DNA of 64,000 nt from contig CAIWMU010000213.1 in the NCBI GenBank assembly GCA_903913865.1, forward strand, positions 26,854 through 90,853. Reading direction: 5' to 3'. The notes below the pieces were generated by a model. It saw only the letters and a program-made list of their open reading frames with translations, had not been told where the DNA came from and did no database searches. Positions 24,055 through 34,800 of the stretch are shown piece by piece. Both the position numbers and the translations under genes were made by a program. The stretch is from an uncultured Verrucomicrobia subdivision 3 bacterium (GTDB taxonomy: Bacteria > Verrucomicrobiota > Verrucomicrobiia > Limisphaerales > UBA8199). The first letter of the stretch is position 1. The number at the start of each line of letters is the position of its first letter.

Positions 24055-26345
24055 TTGGGTGGGGCCGGGGAATTGGTGGCTGGTGCCGCAGCGGCGGGCG
24101 CTGCAGCGGGTGCGGGCGTCGGAGCCGGGGTCGGAGTGGGAGCGGGAGTGGCAGGCGCCGGAGCAGGCACAGGTGCGGATGTGGGTGCGGGTGCGGGTGC
24201 GGTAGGCACCGGAGCAGGTGCGGCAGCGGGAGTTGCGGGCGCAGGTGCGGCAGCGGCGGGTGCGGGCGCAGGTGCGGCAGCGGCGGGTGCGGGCGTAGGT
24301 GTTGGAGTCGCCGGTGCGGGTGCCGGGGTTACAGGTGCTGATGCTGCTCCCGCATGAGTTGCGGTGTTGGTATGTGAGTTGGGGCTGGAAAGGGGTTTGC
24401 CATCCTCATCATAATCATATATGAGGTATTCACCAGAATCCTTCAGAATGGTGGCTGTGACGAAGACCAGCAGATAGCGGGGCTTGTCGATCTCGGTGCG
24501 GCGGCGGAACAGCGCACCGAGCACAGGAATATTTCCCAGCACGGGGACTGACTCGACGTAGGTGCTTCGGTCCCGCTCGAGAACGCCACCCATGACCACT
24601 GTTTCGCCCGATTTGACGACCACACGGGTGGCCAGCTCCTGAGTGCGGTATTGGGGAAGGTTGATGTCGAACTTGTTAAGGACCTTGCCGGAATTGGGGT
24701 CGGTATCGCTGAGGGTGGCATAGCGCACGAGTTGGACATCTGTGTTCACGCGGGGGTTTAGTGCCAGAACGATGTGGCGACCATCACCGCTGATGCTGGC
24801 AAGCACGTTCAGTTCCGCCCCGGCAGTGATCTTGGTGGGTTTCCCGGCGGGGACGAAGGCCGAGGTTGTGTAATATTGCTGGACGGTGGATTTGACGGTG
24901 TATTCCTCGTAATAGTATTGAACTTTTCCATCCTGAATGGTCGCCGCCCGGTTGTTCAGAACAGTCAGACGCGGTGCGCTGAGGGTCTGGCTTTCGCCGC
25001 TCTGCTCAAGCGCACTGATGGTGGCACTCAGGCTTGGACGGCCGAGTATGTTCGTGAAGGTGTCCTGAATTCCGACCCCGACATTGCCCACATCCGTATT
25101 GGGGACAATGCCGGTGTTGTCCACGGGAAGGGTGGCCGCCTGTGCGGGCTTACTGGTCTCCCAGAGTGCGCCCAGGCGTAGAAATGCCGGCTTGGTGATG
25201 GTGACGAAGCGCGCCTCGATGAGGACCTGCTGTATCGGCCGGTCGAGTTCTTCGATAATCTTCTCGATCACAAGCAGCTGTTCGGGTGTGCCTTTCGCAA
25301 CGATCAGATTGTGCTCATAGTCGAGCGTGAACTTGCCCAGAAACAGGTCCTTGATGATTTTCTCAATCATGGGCACGGGTGGTGCTTCATCATTGACGAA
25401 GCGCTTGACCTTCGTGGTCTCTGTTGTGGTTGAGACGTTGTTGACGGTGACCACCGCCCGGTTGACATCTTCAGACCCGAACTGGGCCGGCAGGATGAAG
25501 CCTTTGCGGAGCCGATAGAACCGTGTCTCCTCCATGAGACGCTTGGGGTCCTTGCCATCCATCACCCAGACCAGTTCATCTCCAACCTGAAACTGAAGGT
25601 CATAGTTCCTGGCGACGTAGCGGAGAAACTCATCGAGCCGCACGTTGTCGAGATTGACGCTGAGAACCTGTTTGAGGGCTGGCACAGACTTGTCCGCCAC
25701 GATGTTGACCCCGGAGCTCTGGCTCATGTTGACCAGGATTGTCTCGAGAGGCACGTTGTCCAAGTGCATTGAGACCTGCTTCTCAAGAACTCTGGCCATC
25801 TTCCCCTTCGTGCTTTCAAGGTCGAACAGCGGGCCTTTTTCGTTCACCGTCTTCCCATAGCTCGGCGGGATGTAGGGGGTGCTCTCGATCCGGCTTACTG
25901 CATCCCGGATATCCTTGCTGGCGGGAAGTCCGCGATCCTTTTTCTCCGTGAGCAGATCCTTGAGGGTGGTGTTGAAAACAGAGTTTTTCGCATCGATTTC
26001 CCGAATCTTGTCCTCAAGTCCCTTTTCGCGAAGTTTTTGTGCCTCCTGCATGGTCCAACCGTAGATCCGTTCGACCATGGGGTTTTTGGGGTCAATCGCG
26101 TGAAGCTTCGTGGCTTCGACGCTGGCATCCTCCCACCGCCCCGCCTTGGCCAGCGCCAGAACGGCTTTGATCTGGGGGTCCAGGGCTTCATTGTATGCCA
26201 CCACTTTCGGCTTGGCGGGAGGCTTTGGGGCCTCCGGAGGCTTGGTCTCCGGGATCGTGTAGCGGCATGCGGTTACGGAAACCAGCAGCAGCATGGTTGC
26301 CGCCGCCACTTTCAGGTGGGTGGTGTACCTGGGTTGTGTGAGCAT
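24051..26345 (-). CDS. Lipoprotein secretin (GspD/PilQ family) with a C-terminal Pro/Ala-rich low-complexity tail of about 115 aa.
   Basis: The lipobox is LLVSVTAC. Secretin C-domain hallmarks are VVVKSGETVVMGGV, VPVLGNIPVLGALFRR and YLLVFVTATIL. The tail then runs TPAPAPATPTPTPAPAAAAPAPAPAAAAP... Confidence 0.9.
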   Translation of the reverse strand: MLTQPRYTTHLKVAAATMLLLVSVTACRYTIPETKPPEAPKPPAKPKVVAYNEALDPQIKAVLALAKAGRWEDASVEATKLHAIDPKNPMVERIYGWTMQEAQKLREKGLEDKIREIDAKNSVFNTTLKDLLTEKKDRGLPASKDIRDAVSRIESTPYIPPSYGKTVNEKGPLFDLESTKGKMARVLEKQVSMHLDNVPLETILVNMSQSSGVNIVADKSVPALKQVLSVNLDNVRLDEFLRYVARNYDLQFQVGDELVWVMDGKDPKRLMEETRFYRLRKGFILPAQFGSEDVNRAVVTVNNVSTTTETTKVKRFVNDEAPPVPMIEKIIKDLFLGKFTLDYEHNLIVAKGTPEQLLVIEKIIEELDRPIQQVLIEARFVTITKPAFLRLGALWETSKPAQAATLPVDNTGIVPNTDVGNVGVGIQDTFTNILGRPSLSATISALEQSGESQTLSAPRLTVLNNRAATIQDGKVQYYYEEYTVKSTVQQYYTTSAFVPAGKPTKITAGAELNVLASISGDGRHIVLALNPRVNTDVQLVRYATLSDTDPNSGKVLNKFDINLPQYRTQELATRVVVKSGETVVMGGVLERDRSTYVESVPVLGNIPVLGALFRRRTEIDKPRYLLVFVTATILKDSGEYLIYDYDEDGKPLSSPNSHTNTATHAGAASAPVTPAPAPATPTPTPAPAAAAPAPAPAAAAPAPATPAAAPAPVPTAPAPAPTSAPVPAPAPATPAPTPTPAPTPAPAAAPAAAAPATNSPAPPK
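24214..24294 (-). repeat. 27-nt tandem repeat inside the secretin tail: two perfect copies plus one imperfect copy.
   Basis: gcaggtgcggcagcggcgggtgcgggc occurs at 24241-24267 and again at 24268-24294. The copy at 24214-24240 has three mismatches. Each copy encodes a 9-aa Pro/Ala unit. Confidence 0.9.
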
Positions 26346-26371
26346 GGATTTTATAGACGAATAACGACCCC

Positions 26372-26401
26372 ATTAAATTCAAGAACACCAATCGATTGCA
26401 A
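26372..26401 (-). promoter_or_regulatory. Candidate sigma70-type promoter of the secretin operon.
   Basis: On the minus strand there is TTGCAA (26401-26396), an 18-nt spacer and TTTAAT (26377-26372), about 27 nt upstream of the ATG at 26345. This is pattern match only. Confidence 0.3.
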
Positions 26402-26421
26402 ACAAATTCGCCCAGGCGGGG

Positions 26422-26448
26422 AATAAAAGACCGGCCATCTTCGCCGGT
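26422..26448 (-). terminator. Rho-independent terminator after smpB.
   Basis: The minus strand reads accggc gaagatg gccggt followed by cttttatt. Confidence 0.6.
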
Positions 26449-26524
26449 TGATCTGGTGGATCTGCTGATGTGGAGGGCAGGGGACGTGTTATCCGGTTGG
26501 TTCTACAATGCAAGTAGATGTTGA

Positions 26525-26983
26525 TCAGGTATTTGCAATCCGGGTTTTCAATGTGGCCCGCTTGACTTCCCGATCTGCCTCCCGTTTCTTCAGATCCTCC
26601 CTCTTGTCGAACACCGCCTTGCCCTTTCCAACCGCCAGAAGAACTTTGATAAGGCCACCCTTCCAATGGAAGTTCAGGGGTACCAGGGCGTTGCCTTTGA
26701 TAGCCGCGTGGGCATGAAGTTTAGCTATCTCCGACCGGTGAAGTAGGAGTTTCCGGGGAGCTTTTGGCTGGTGGTTCTGGATGTTGCCATGGGAATACTC
26801 GTCAATGTGGGCGTTATAAAGCCAGGCCTCATCGTTTTCAACCCGGGCAAAGGCATCGCTGATCTGGCCCCGGCCTGCACGCAGAGCCTTGACCTCCGTG
26901 CCATGCAGGACTATGCCAGCCTCGAATGTCTCCAAGATGTGGTAATCCCGCCTCGCTTTGGAATTGGAGAGGATTTCCGGCAT
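26525..26983 (-). CDS. smpB: SsrA-binding protein.
   Basis: KARRDYHILETFEAGIVLHGTEVKALR...AWLYNAHIDEYSHGN...RKLLLHRSEI is the classic SmpB pattern. Confidence 0.92.
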   Translation of the reverse strand: MPEILSNSKARRDYHILETFEAGIVLHGTEVKALRAGRGQISDAFARVENDEAWLYNAHIDEYSHGNIQNHQPKAPRKLLLHRSEIAKLHAHAAIKGNALVPLNFHWKGGLIKVLLAVGKGKAVFDKREDLKKREADREVKRATLKTRIANT

Positions 26984-26991
26984 TTTGGTTT

Positions 26992-27027
26992 GGCCGCGTT
27001 AAGAACCACCCCCTGACGCGGCCTTTT
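26992..27027 (-). other. Intercistronic stem-loop between rpoZ and smpB.
   Basis: ggccgcgt / 16-nt loop / acgcggcc forms an 8-bp stem. The T-run lies on the plus-strand side only, so on the coding (minus) strand there is no U-tract. The hairpin ends 8 nt before the smpB ATG. It may be a processing or attenuation element rather than a full terminator. Confidence 0.4.
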
Positions 27028-27050
27028 GCGTGGGGCGAACCAAAAGTTGA

Positions 27051-27305
27051 TTAGTGTTTCTTGCGCCGCTTGGCACCAGCTTTGGAAGGATCAGAGGTCT
27101 CGGCAGGCTCGAAGGTTATCTTGTCCTCAATGATCTCCAAAAGTGCCGTGTCCGCAGCACCCATGTTTTCCAAGGTCTCAACCAGCGGGCGGCTCATTGC
27201 CCCAGCACCAGAGTTAAGCTGGCGCACGCGGCGTGAAACGAGGTTGACCAGAATGTTGGGGTTGCCAACCTTCTCCAGTGCTTTTTTTGTAAGTTCTGCG
27301 TTCAA
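27051..27305 (-). CDS. rpoZ: DNA-directed RNA polymerase omega subunit-like protein.
   Basis: ALEKVGNPNILVNLVSRRVRQL resembles the omega core (xxKVxNRFxLVxxAAKRARQL). It has an acidic/basic tail and a TTG start. Confidence 0.6.
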   Translation of the reverse strand: MNAELTKKALEKVGNPNILVNLVSRRVRQLNSGAGAMSRPLVETLENMGAADTALLEIIEDKITFEPAETSDPSKAGAKRRKKH

Positions 27306-27407
27306 AATACCTAAAAGTCAATGAAACCGAGCGTTATAGCCTACTACTCGGCGTGCAAAAAGCAACGGCAAAATTTTTAGACCTGAAACCACGTCAAAAG
27401 AAGGCAT

Positions 27408-27435
27408 CCCCCGGGAGTTTTTAACTTTCCCGGGG
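27408..27435 (-). terminator. Candidate terminator after the Gfo/Idh/MocA gene.
   Basis: ccccggga / 12-nt loop / tcccgggg forms the stem. On the minus strand it is followed by gatgccttctttt. Confidence 0.5.
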
Positions 27436-27466
27436 CCTCAACGCGACCATTGCCATCGTTAATTTA

Positions 27467-28915
27467 CTAGACGACTTCCCATCCCTTGCGGTAGGTGCCT
27501 TGCAGATACTTGTCAGCCTCGGGTGCGTTTGTCGCCTTCATGGCTTTTGCATCCCAGTAAATCTTTTTTCGGGTGCGCATGGCAGCAAGGCCCAAAAGGC
27601 CCACTTCGGTCAAGGCGGCGCCGTATTCAAAGTTTGAGCTGGCGGCAGGGCCTCCTTTGCAGGCATCAACCCAATCACGGTGGTGCCCTTTGGATCGAAC
27701 GAGGGTTTTCGCGGGCCTCTTGTATTCTGCATCCCTGGCTCCCGGGAGCAGGGTGGGTCTTCCACCCCAACCGGCGCAGGTGATCATCCCCTTCTCACCG
27801 ATGAACAGGATGCCGTTGCCACCAGAGCCCAACTGGTCGTCCGGTTCCAGGATGTCGGGTCTGGGGGGCATCAACCCACCCTCATACCAGGTGAACTTCA
27901 CGGCCGGCATCTTGCCGCGTGCCGGGAAGTTGTAGTAGTAGATGCCAGAGGCTGGTGCCATTTCGGGATCCACACCTCCACCGGCAGGGAAGGCCTCCAC
28001 GCTCAGCGGTTCCTTCAAGTCCAGAGCCCAGCAGGCCGGATCAAAATTGTGGCAGAAAAAGTCTCCAATCGGGGCGGTGCCGAAATCCCACCAATCCCGC
28101 CAACTGACGGGTGAATAGACGGAACTGAAGGGGCGGGGTTCGCGAGGTCCGAGCCATAGATCCCAATTCATTCCCTTGGGCACCGGTTCCGGAGCCGGTC
28201 TGCCACCAGGGTGCTTGGGATTCCACCGGGATGCGGCGGTCCAGGCATGAACCTCCCGGATATCCCCAATCGCTCCTTCCCAGATCATCTCGCAGGTGGT
28301 GCGGATGAAATCTCCGGAATGGCCGTGGTTGCCCAGCTGGGTTGCAACCCCTGTCTCTCTGGCAACTTTGGATACCAGCCGCGCCTCACGCACATTGTGG
28401 GTGAGCGGCTTTTCGCAATAGGCGTGCTTGCCCTGCCTCATGGCGGTGACGCAGACATAGGCGTGCAGATGATCGGGGGTGGCACAAAGGATCGCATCGA
28501 TCGACTTCTCCTTTTCCAGCATCACCCGGAAGTCCTCGTAATCGGCAACCTTGTAATTGGGGGTTTTCTGGGAGTAGTGCTTTTCCACCACATCCTTGAC
28601 CTTCAGCCGACCCGCCGTGCCTTTGTAGTAGAACGATTCCAGGTTATGGAACTCGGCGGGGTCCGCGAGGGCGATGACCTGTGCATCAGGCAACTGCAGG
28701 AGCGCCCGGGTATTGTTCAGCCCCTGACCACCGCACCCAATGATTGCGATGTTCACCTTTTCGCTGGGCGGCACGAATCGGGGTCCTCCCAAAACATGCC
28801 GGGGAACGATGGTGAAGCCCGCAGTGATTGTGGTTGCGGCCTTGATGAACTTCCGTCGGGTCATGCTGCCGGAAGGGGGAGTCTTGGCCGGTTTGTCCGC
28901 TTGATGGGTATTCAT
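27467..28915 (-). CDS. TAT-exported Gfo/Idh/MocA-family oxidoreductase.
   Basis: The twin-arginine signal is SMTRRKFIKAATTITAGF. The Rossmann motif is NIAIIGCGGQG. The EKP motif is in AYCEKPL. I place the start at the ATG at 28915. Confidence 0.85.
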   Translation of the reverse strand: MNTHQADKPAKTPPSGSMTRRKFIKAATTITAGFTIVPRHVLGGPRFVPPSEKVNIAIIGCGGQGLNNTRALLQLPDAQVIALADPAEFHNLESFYYKGTAGRLKVKDVVEKHYSQKTPNYKVADYEDFRVMLEKEKSIDAILCATPDHLHAYVCVTAMRQGKHAYCEKPLTHNVREARLVSKVARETGVATQLGNHGHSGDFIRTTCEMIWEGAIGDIREVHAWTAASRWNPKHPGGRPAPEPVPKGMNWDLWLGPREPRPFSSVYSPVSWRDWWDFGTAPIGDFFCHNFDPACWALDLKEPLSVEAFPAGGGVDPEMAPASGIYYYNFPARGKMPAVKFTWYEGGLMPPRPDILEPDDQLGSGGNGILFIGEKGMITCAGWGGRPTLLPGARDAEYKRPAKTLVRSKGHHRDWVDACKGGPAASSNFEYGAALTEVGLLGLAAMRTRKKIYWDAKAMKATNAPEADKYLQGTYRKGWEVV

Positions 28916-28941
28916 GTGGGGGTGGTGGGGATGGAGTGGGG

Positions 28942-29760
28942 CTATTTTGATGGGGCGGCCCACTGGACCGCATTGCAAAGGATCTGGCGGACTTCGGGGA
29001 GAAAGAAATCGTTGTAGGTCTCGTGGCCCGGGGTGAAGTAAAACACCCGTCCTTTTCCAACCTTCCAACAGAGGCCCATGCGGCAGGGTTCGGTGGTGCC
29101 GTTCGGTTTGGTGTAGATGCCCTCGAGTGGAACGGAATCCGGAGTGGGAACCTTGAACTGCTCCCCGTAGCGCTCAATTTTTGGCAGGGAAAAGTCTTTC
29201 ACTCCCTTGCAAATCGGATGTGCCGGGTCCTTGATTGAAATTTTCACAGACGTTCCGTCCGTGACGTATTCGCGCCAACTGCAGGCGGTGCCCATGAGCT
29301 TCTTGAACGGCTTTGCGAAATGGGTCGAGTGAAGTCCAATGAATCCCATGCCGCCCTCCCGCACCCGCTGGTCAATGCGGTTCACCAGATCGTCTGAAAT
29401 GTCTCCGTGCCGTTTATGTCCCCACCATATCAGCACGTCCGTGCCATTCAGGCGGTCGGCATCAAGGCCCTGTGCTGGGTCGGAAAGCGTCGCCGTGATG
29501 ATTTCCCATCCGGTGAGTGGCTTCAGGCCGTCTGCCACGGCGTGGTTGATGTCATGCGGGTAAACCTCCTTCGATCCCTCATCGACATTGGCGGTGCCCT
29601 CGGACCAGACGACCACGCGGCGCCGGGCACCGGGGGCGGCCTGGAGCAGAGCGGGAGCCAGAGCCATGGCCGTGGCGGAGGCGAGACCGAGCTTGATCAT
29701 GCGACGGCGTGAAAGCGCCCGGGATCCGTTTGAGGAAACAGAGGAGAATTGATGGATCAT
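28942..29760 (-). CDS. TAT-exported ThuA-domain (trehalose-utilisation-like) protein.
   Basis: The twin-arginine signal is LSRRRMIKLGLASATAMALAP. ThuA-like segments are VVVWSEG, DVLIWWGH, GFIGLHS and VFYFTPGHE. I place the start at the ATG at 29760. Confidence 0.8.
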   Translation of the reverse strand: MIHQFSSVSSNGSRALSRRRMIKLGLASATAMALAPALLQAAPGARRRVVVWSEGTANVDEGSKEVYPHDINHAVADGLKPLTGWEIITATLSDPAQGLDADRLNGTDVLIWWGHKRHGDISDDLVNRIDQRVREGGMGFIGLHSTHFAKPFKKLMGTACSWREYVTDGTSVKISIKDPAHPICKGVKDFSLPKIERYGEQFKVPTPDSVPLEGIYTKPNGTTEPCRMGLCWKVGKGRVFYFTPGHETYNDFFLPEVRQILCNAVQWAAPSK

Positions 29761-29793
29761 ATGTCCCGAGATTAGAGGGAGGATCGATGCTTG

Positions 29794-29814
29794 AAAAGTG
29801 CATTTCGCACTTTT
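29794..29814. promoter_or_regulatory. Perfect 8-bp inverted repeat (candidate operator) in the thuA/galT divergent region.
   Basis: aaaagtgc-atttc-gcactttt. Confidence 0.3.
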
Positions 29815-29966
29815 GTGAGATGACGGGCCCACACGCCCCAACCGGACGGCCTTTGCATCGGGGGATACCGATCCTGGGGCAGGGTCTTGCTTGCAATCGG
29901 GGGCTGCTCCAGTGAAATTGAAGGAGCCCGCCCGCGGGCTTTCTGGCAATGACGGAGTTCTGTTAA

Positions 29967-31010
<1,044 letters not shown>

Positions 31011-31076
31011 GCCTCGGGATCTAATCCAAATGATGGTGGGGTGAATCGGGAGGTTGTTAGCCTCTCCTTTCATCAG

Positions 31077-31727
31077 CTACTTCTTGCCCGTGTCTTTCTT
31101 TTCGGTGTCCTTCTTGTCCGGAGTGGCAACCTCAGGCTTGAGAACATCGGGAGGGGCGCTGGCATTCAGCTGTTTGAGAATGTCATCAGTGATATCATGG
31201 CTGCCGCTTGAAAACAGCACAGAGGGGGTGTTGTTGAGGCTTTCCGCTGCGGTATCCAGCACCAGGGCGAACCCGGCCGTCTTGGACTTGGCGTTCACGA
31301 CCGTGCGGATTTCTCCGAGAATGTTATCCCGCATGCGGCGGCGTTGCTCGTCGAGCGTGGTTCTGGCCTGGCGTTCATACTGCACGATGGTTTCCTTTTG
31401 CTCGGTCAAATACTTGAGCTTTGATTCGGCGGTCTTTTTTCGCTTGTCGCGCTCCTCTGCGGAGACAGCCTGATCGTTGGAGCTTGCCAGAATCTGTTTG
31501 TAGTCATCATCGCCCTTCTTCAGGTCGTCGACCATGTTCTTGTGCTCCTTTTCCATGTCGGCGGCACGCTCTTTCAGGCCCACATCGGCCTGCTTGGTTT
31601 TCCAGTAGCCATCAAAGACCTTCCTTAGATCTATCGTGCCAATGTTGTTCTGGGCCAAAGCGGTGCTGCTGAGCAAACCGGCCAGCAGCAGCGCCGGTAA
31701 CAATCGCCTGGTAAAATAATTCATCAT
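31077..31727 (-). CDS. skp: Periplasmic chaperone Skp (OmpH family).
   Basis: The signal peptide MMNYFTRRLLPALLLAGLLSSTALA is followed by IGTIDLRKVF, long charged coiled-coil arms and GFALVLD. It lies downstream of bamA. Confidence 0.8.
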   Translation of the reverse strand: MMNYFTRRLLPALLLAGLLSSTALAQNNIGTIDLRKVFDGYWKTKQADVGLKERAADMEKEHKNMVDDLKKGDDDYKQILASSNDQAVSAEERDKRKKTAESKLKYLTEQKETIVQYERQARTTLDEQRRRMRDNILGEIRTVVNAKSKTAGFALVLDTAAESLNNTPSVLFSSGSHDITDDILKQLNASAPPDVLKPEVATPDKKDTEKKDTGKK

Positions 31728-31842
31728 ATGAACAGAAAAGCAGAGTTTTGACAAAAAGGCCACTATTTTCAGCGCCCCGTTTGCCCGGGTTGGGGCCCCC
31801 CGGGTTCAAGTGGAAGCAGGAGTTTGTTGCGGTTGCCGGGGT

Positions 31843-34800
31843 CTATTTTCTGCGCAACCGGAAGAGACTTGCCGGGTTGGTTGTATCGATCAAGACCTGA
31901 TGGGATCCATTGATGAGGGATGGGGTGTTGGAAAGGGTGGTCCAGGCGGCTGTTCCGGTGGAACCGGATCCGCGTTCAAGTGTGTATTCCGGGGAGAATG
32001 CTTTCCACTGAAGCTTGAGCCTGGAATTGGTGACTCCTGCGGTGAGTGCAGGATCCATGGAAATTTTTGCGATGAACATGTCGTTCTGGCCCGTGAGGGT
32101 GCTGTTTGTGCCGGAGGAGGGAAAGTTCGTGGAGGCGGTCTCGCCGACGATGTAGGCGTTGCCTGCGGGATCGGTCGCCAGACCGAGGGCGAAATCGTCC
32201 CCTGATCCACCGAGGTAGAAGGAGTGGAGGTAGTCGGATCCATCAGCCTTGAAAACGGTTATGAAGGCATCCTGGCCACCTTTGTTGGTGCTGGATAGAA
32301 AACCTGAGGCGTTGCGAATCGGAAAATTGGTGGCTGTCGTGGAGCCTACAACGATCGGAATGCCGCTTGAATCGACTGCGACAGACCATCCTTGATCAAT
32401 TCCGCATCCTCCAAATGTCAGGGAAAAGCCGTTCGTTCCGAACTTCATCAGGAAGGCGTCCGAGTCTCCGCACCAACTGGCGATTGTCCCCGCATAGACC
32501 GTGGCAGGGTTCGCAGGATTGACAGCGACTGAGCAGACCGGGCGGGATGCGAGGCCATTGGTGATCGGGGTCCACGTGTCCCCTGAGTCAGTGCTTCGGT
32601 GGATTCCAGTCCAAGAGCCAACATAAAGGGTGGAAGGAGTTGTTGGATCCAGAGTCAGGGTGAGAATATTGCTGACATCGAAGCCCACCGTCAGCCTCGT
32701 CCAGTTGGTGCCGGCATTCGTGCTCCGTGCGATTCCACCGGCTCCGGCGATGTAAACCCGGGATGGGTTGGAAGGATCAATCACCACTTTTGAGGCCTGA
32801 AAGTTGGTGAAATTGGGTGTGATCACCTGCCAGGAGGCACAGGCATCGCGGGTGCGAAAAACTCCATCCCAAGTGACGGCAAATAGGTTTGAGGTGTTGA
32901 CCGGATTGATCGCGAGGCTCGTCACATGAAGATCCTTCAACCCGCTCACGCGAGCTATCCATAAATCGCCTGAGAGGGTGCTCGCATAAACGCCGTTCAA
33001 CGTTGCTGCATAGAGATTGGTGTGATGCAGGGGGTCGATCACGATGGACGTCAAGCCGACGGTATTAAGGCCGAGGCTTGCATCTGTCCAGGTGCTACCG
33101 GCGTCCACCGACTTCTTGAGGGAAGTTTGTCCGGCGTAAAGAATAGACGCATTAACAGGGTCCTGGGCGAAAACTGAAACAGGCTGGGTTTTCGGGAAAA
33201 TGGAATTCCAGTGGGCCCCGCTGTCGGTGCTGCGAAACAGGCCACGGGAATTTCCTGCGTAAACGGTGCCGGGAGACTTTCCATCCACCTGGATGACGTC
33301 GGCCTGATTATAAAAGAGGCCATCGCCACTGAGCGTCCAGAGTCCTCCAGAGTTGACGCTCGAGTAGAGGCCGCCGGTGTTGACAGCCCCGGGTGTCACC
33401 GGGAATCCGGAGGAGGCTTCCGTGCCTGTAACCAGTGGATTGCCGCTCGCATCAAGGACCACCCTGTAACCGATATCATCGCCGGACCCGCCGATGAATG
33501 TGGAATAGTTGAGGCTCCGACCGTCCGGTTCGAGCACGGTGAGGAATGCGTCTTTGAGGGCGTAAAGATCGCCCTGAAACGCGTCTGTTGTGACGGGGTA
33601 ATTCGTGGAGGATGTGTAGCCGGTGACGAATGCGCGACCTATGGAATCGACCGCGATGCCAGAGCCGTGATCATCGTAGGCACCACCCACATATGTGGAG
33701 TAGGCGAGAGCCGATCCGGCCGGAGTCAACTTGCTGACAAACAAGTCATCAAACCCGGAGTTGGTTGACTGCCATGCGTTAACCAGGGGGAAATTGGTGG
33801 AGAGAGTGAACCCAGTAACGTATGCACTACCTGTTGAATCTACGGCGATGGCGATACCCTGATCCTCGAGATTTCCGCCGAGATAGGTTGAATACACCAA
33901 ACCGGACCCGGTGGGGTTCAGCTTGGACACGAACGCGTCATAGGGATAGAGACGGAGGAATGGGCTGTTGGTGCCGGAGATCTTTCCGGCGATCGGGTTG
34001 ACTGTAGGGAAGTTGGTGGAATCGGTAACCCCCGTAATATAGGCGTTGCCTGTGGAATCGACGGCGATGCCGGCTGCGGAATCATTGCCCGAACCACCCA
34101 GATACGTCATGTATTGAAGGAGTCCGGAGTTGCTGAACTTTGCAACAAAAGCATCCCCACCTGCTCCTGCAAATCCACCCCCATAGGCAGGCTGAAGGGA
34201 TCCGTGAGTTGCGCCAAGATTAGCGGAGAGAGTCTGCCCGGCCACGAACACGTTACCCAAAGCGTCCAGGGCGATATCCCAACCTGTATCGCTCCCCTTG
34301 CCGCCGGCAAGCCGGGTATAGCTAAGGACTGGATCGATGACGAGGGGGAGGGATGTGTTGTAGGACCCGATCTTGAAACCAACCGTCTGGGCTGCGCGGA
34401 GGTCGAATTCAGCGGCGATGGGTTGGCGGACCCCGTTCTGTTCCTGGTAAACCACAGGCCGATGTTGTCGCAGTTCATCGCCGGCGATTTTGATGATCAA
34501 ATCCCCCTGAGGACTGAGAGACACACCGTCCGCCCCCTGAATGCGGAACCCAATCGGGCGGGGATCAACTCCCGGAGCGACCACGAAATCATATTCGAGC
34601 TGTTCCTGATTGCCGTAGTAAACGAGATCAACTCCTGTATAGGCAGAAGCCACCTTCACGCGGGTGAACGTGGACAGCCCTGTGCGCCATGCGGATGGAT
34701 CACTCCCGATCAAATAATTGACCCGACCGGGCAGTTCATCGAGGCCTTCGATGCGCGCCTTGGGATTGGGATTGAGCAACGAAAACTTCAGCGTGCTGGA

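Noticed and set aside
24055-24357. A plus-strand 100-aa Gly/Ala ORF, and the impression of a repeat array (CRISPR-like or microsatellite).
   Set aside because: It is the antisense of the Pro/Ala tail of the secretin. The repeats are contiguous with no spacers, in frame, and continuous with the secretin reading frame.
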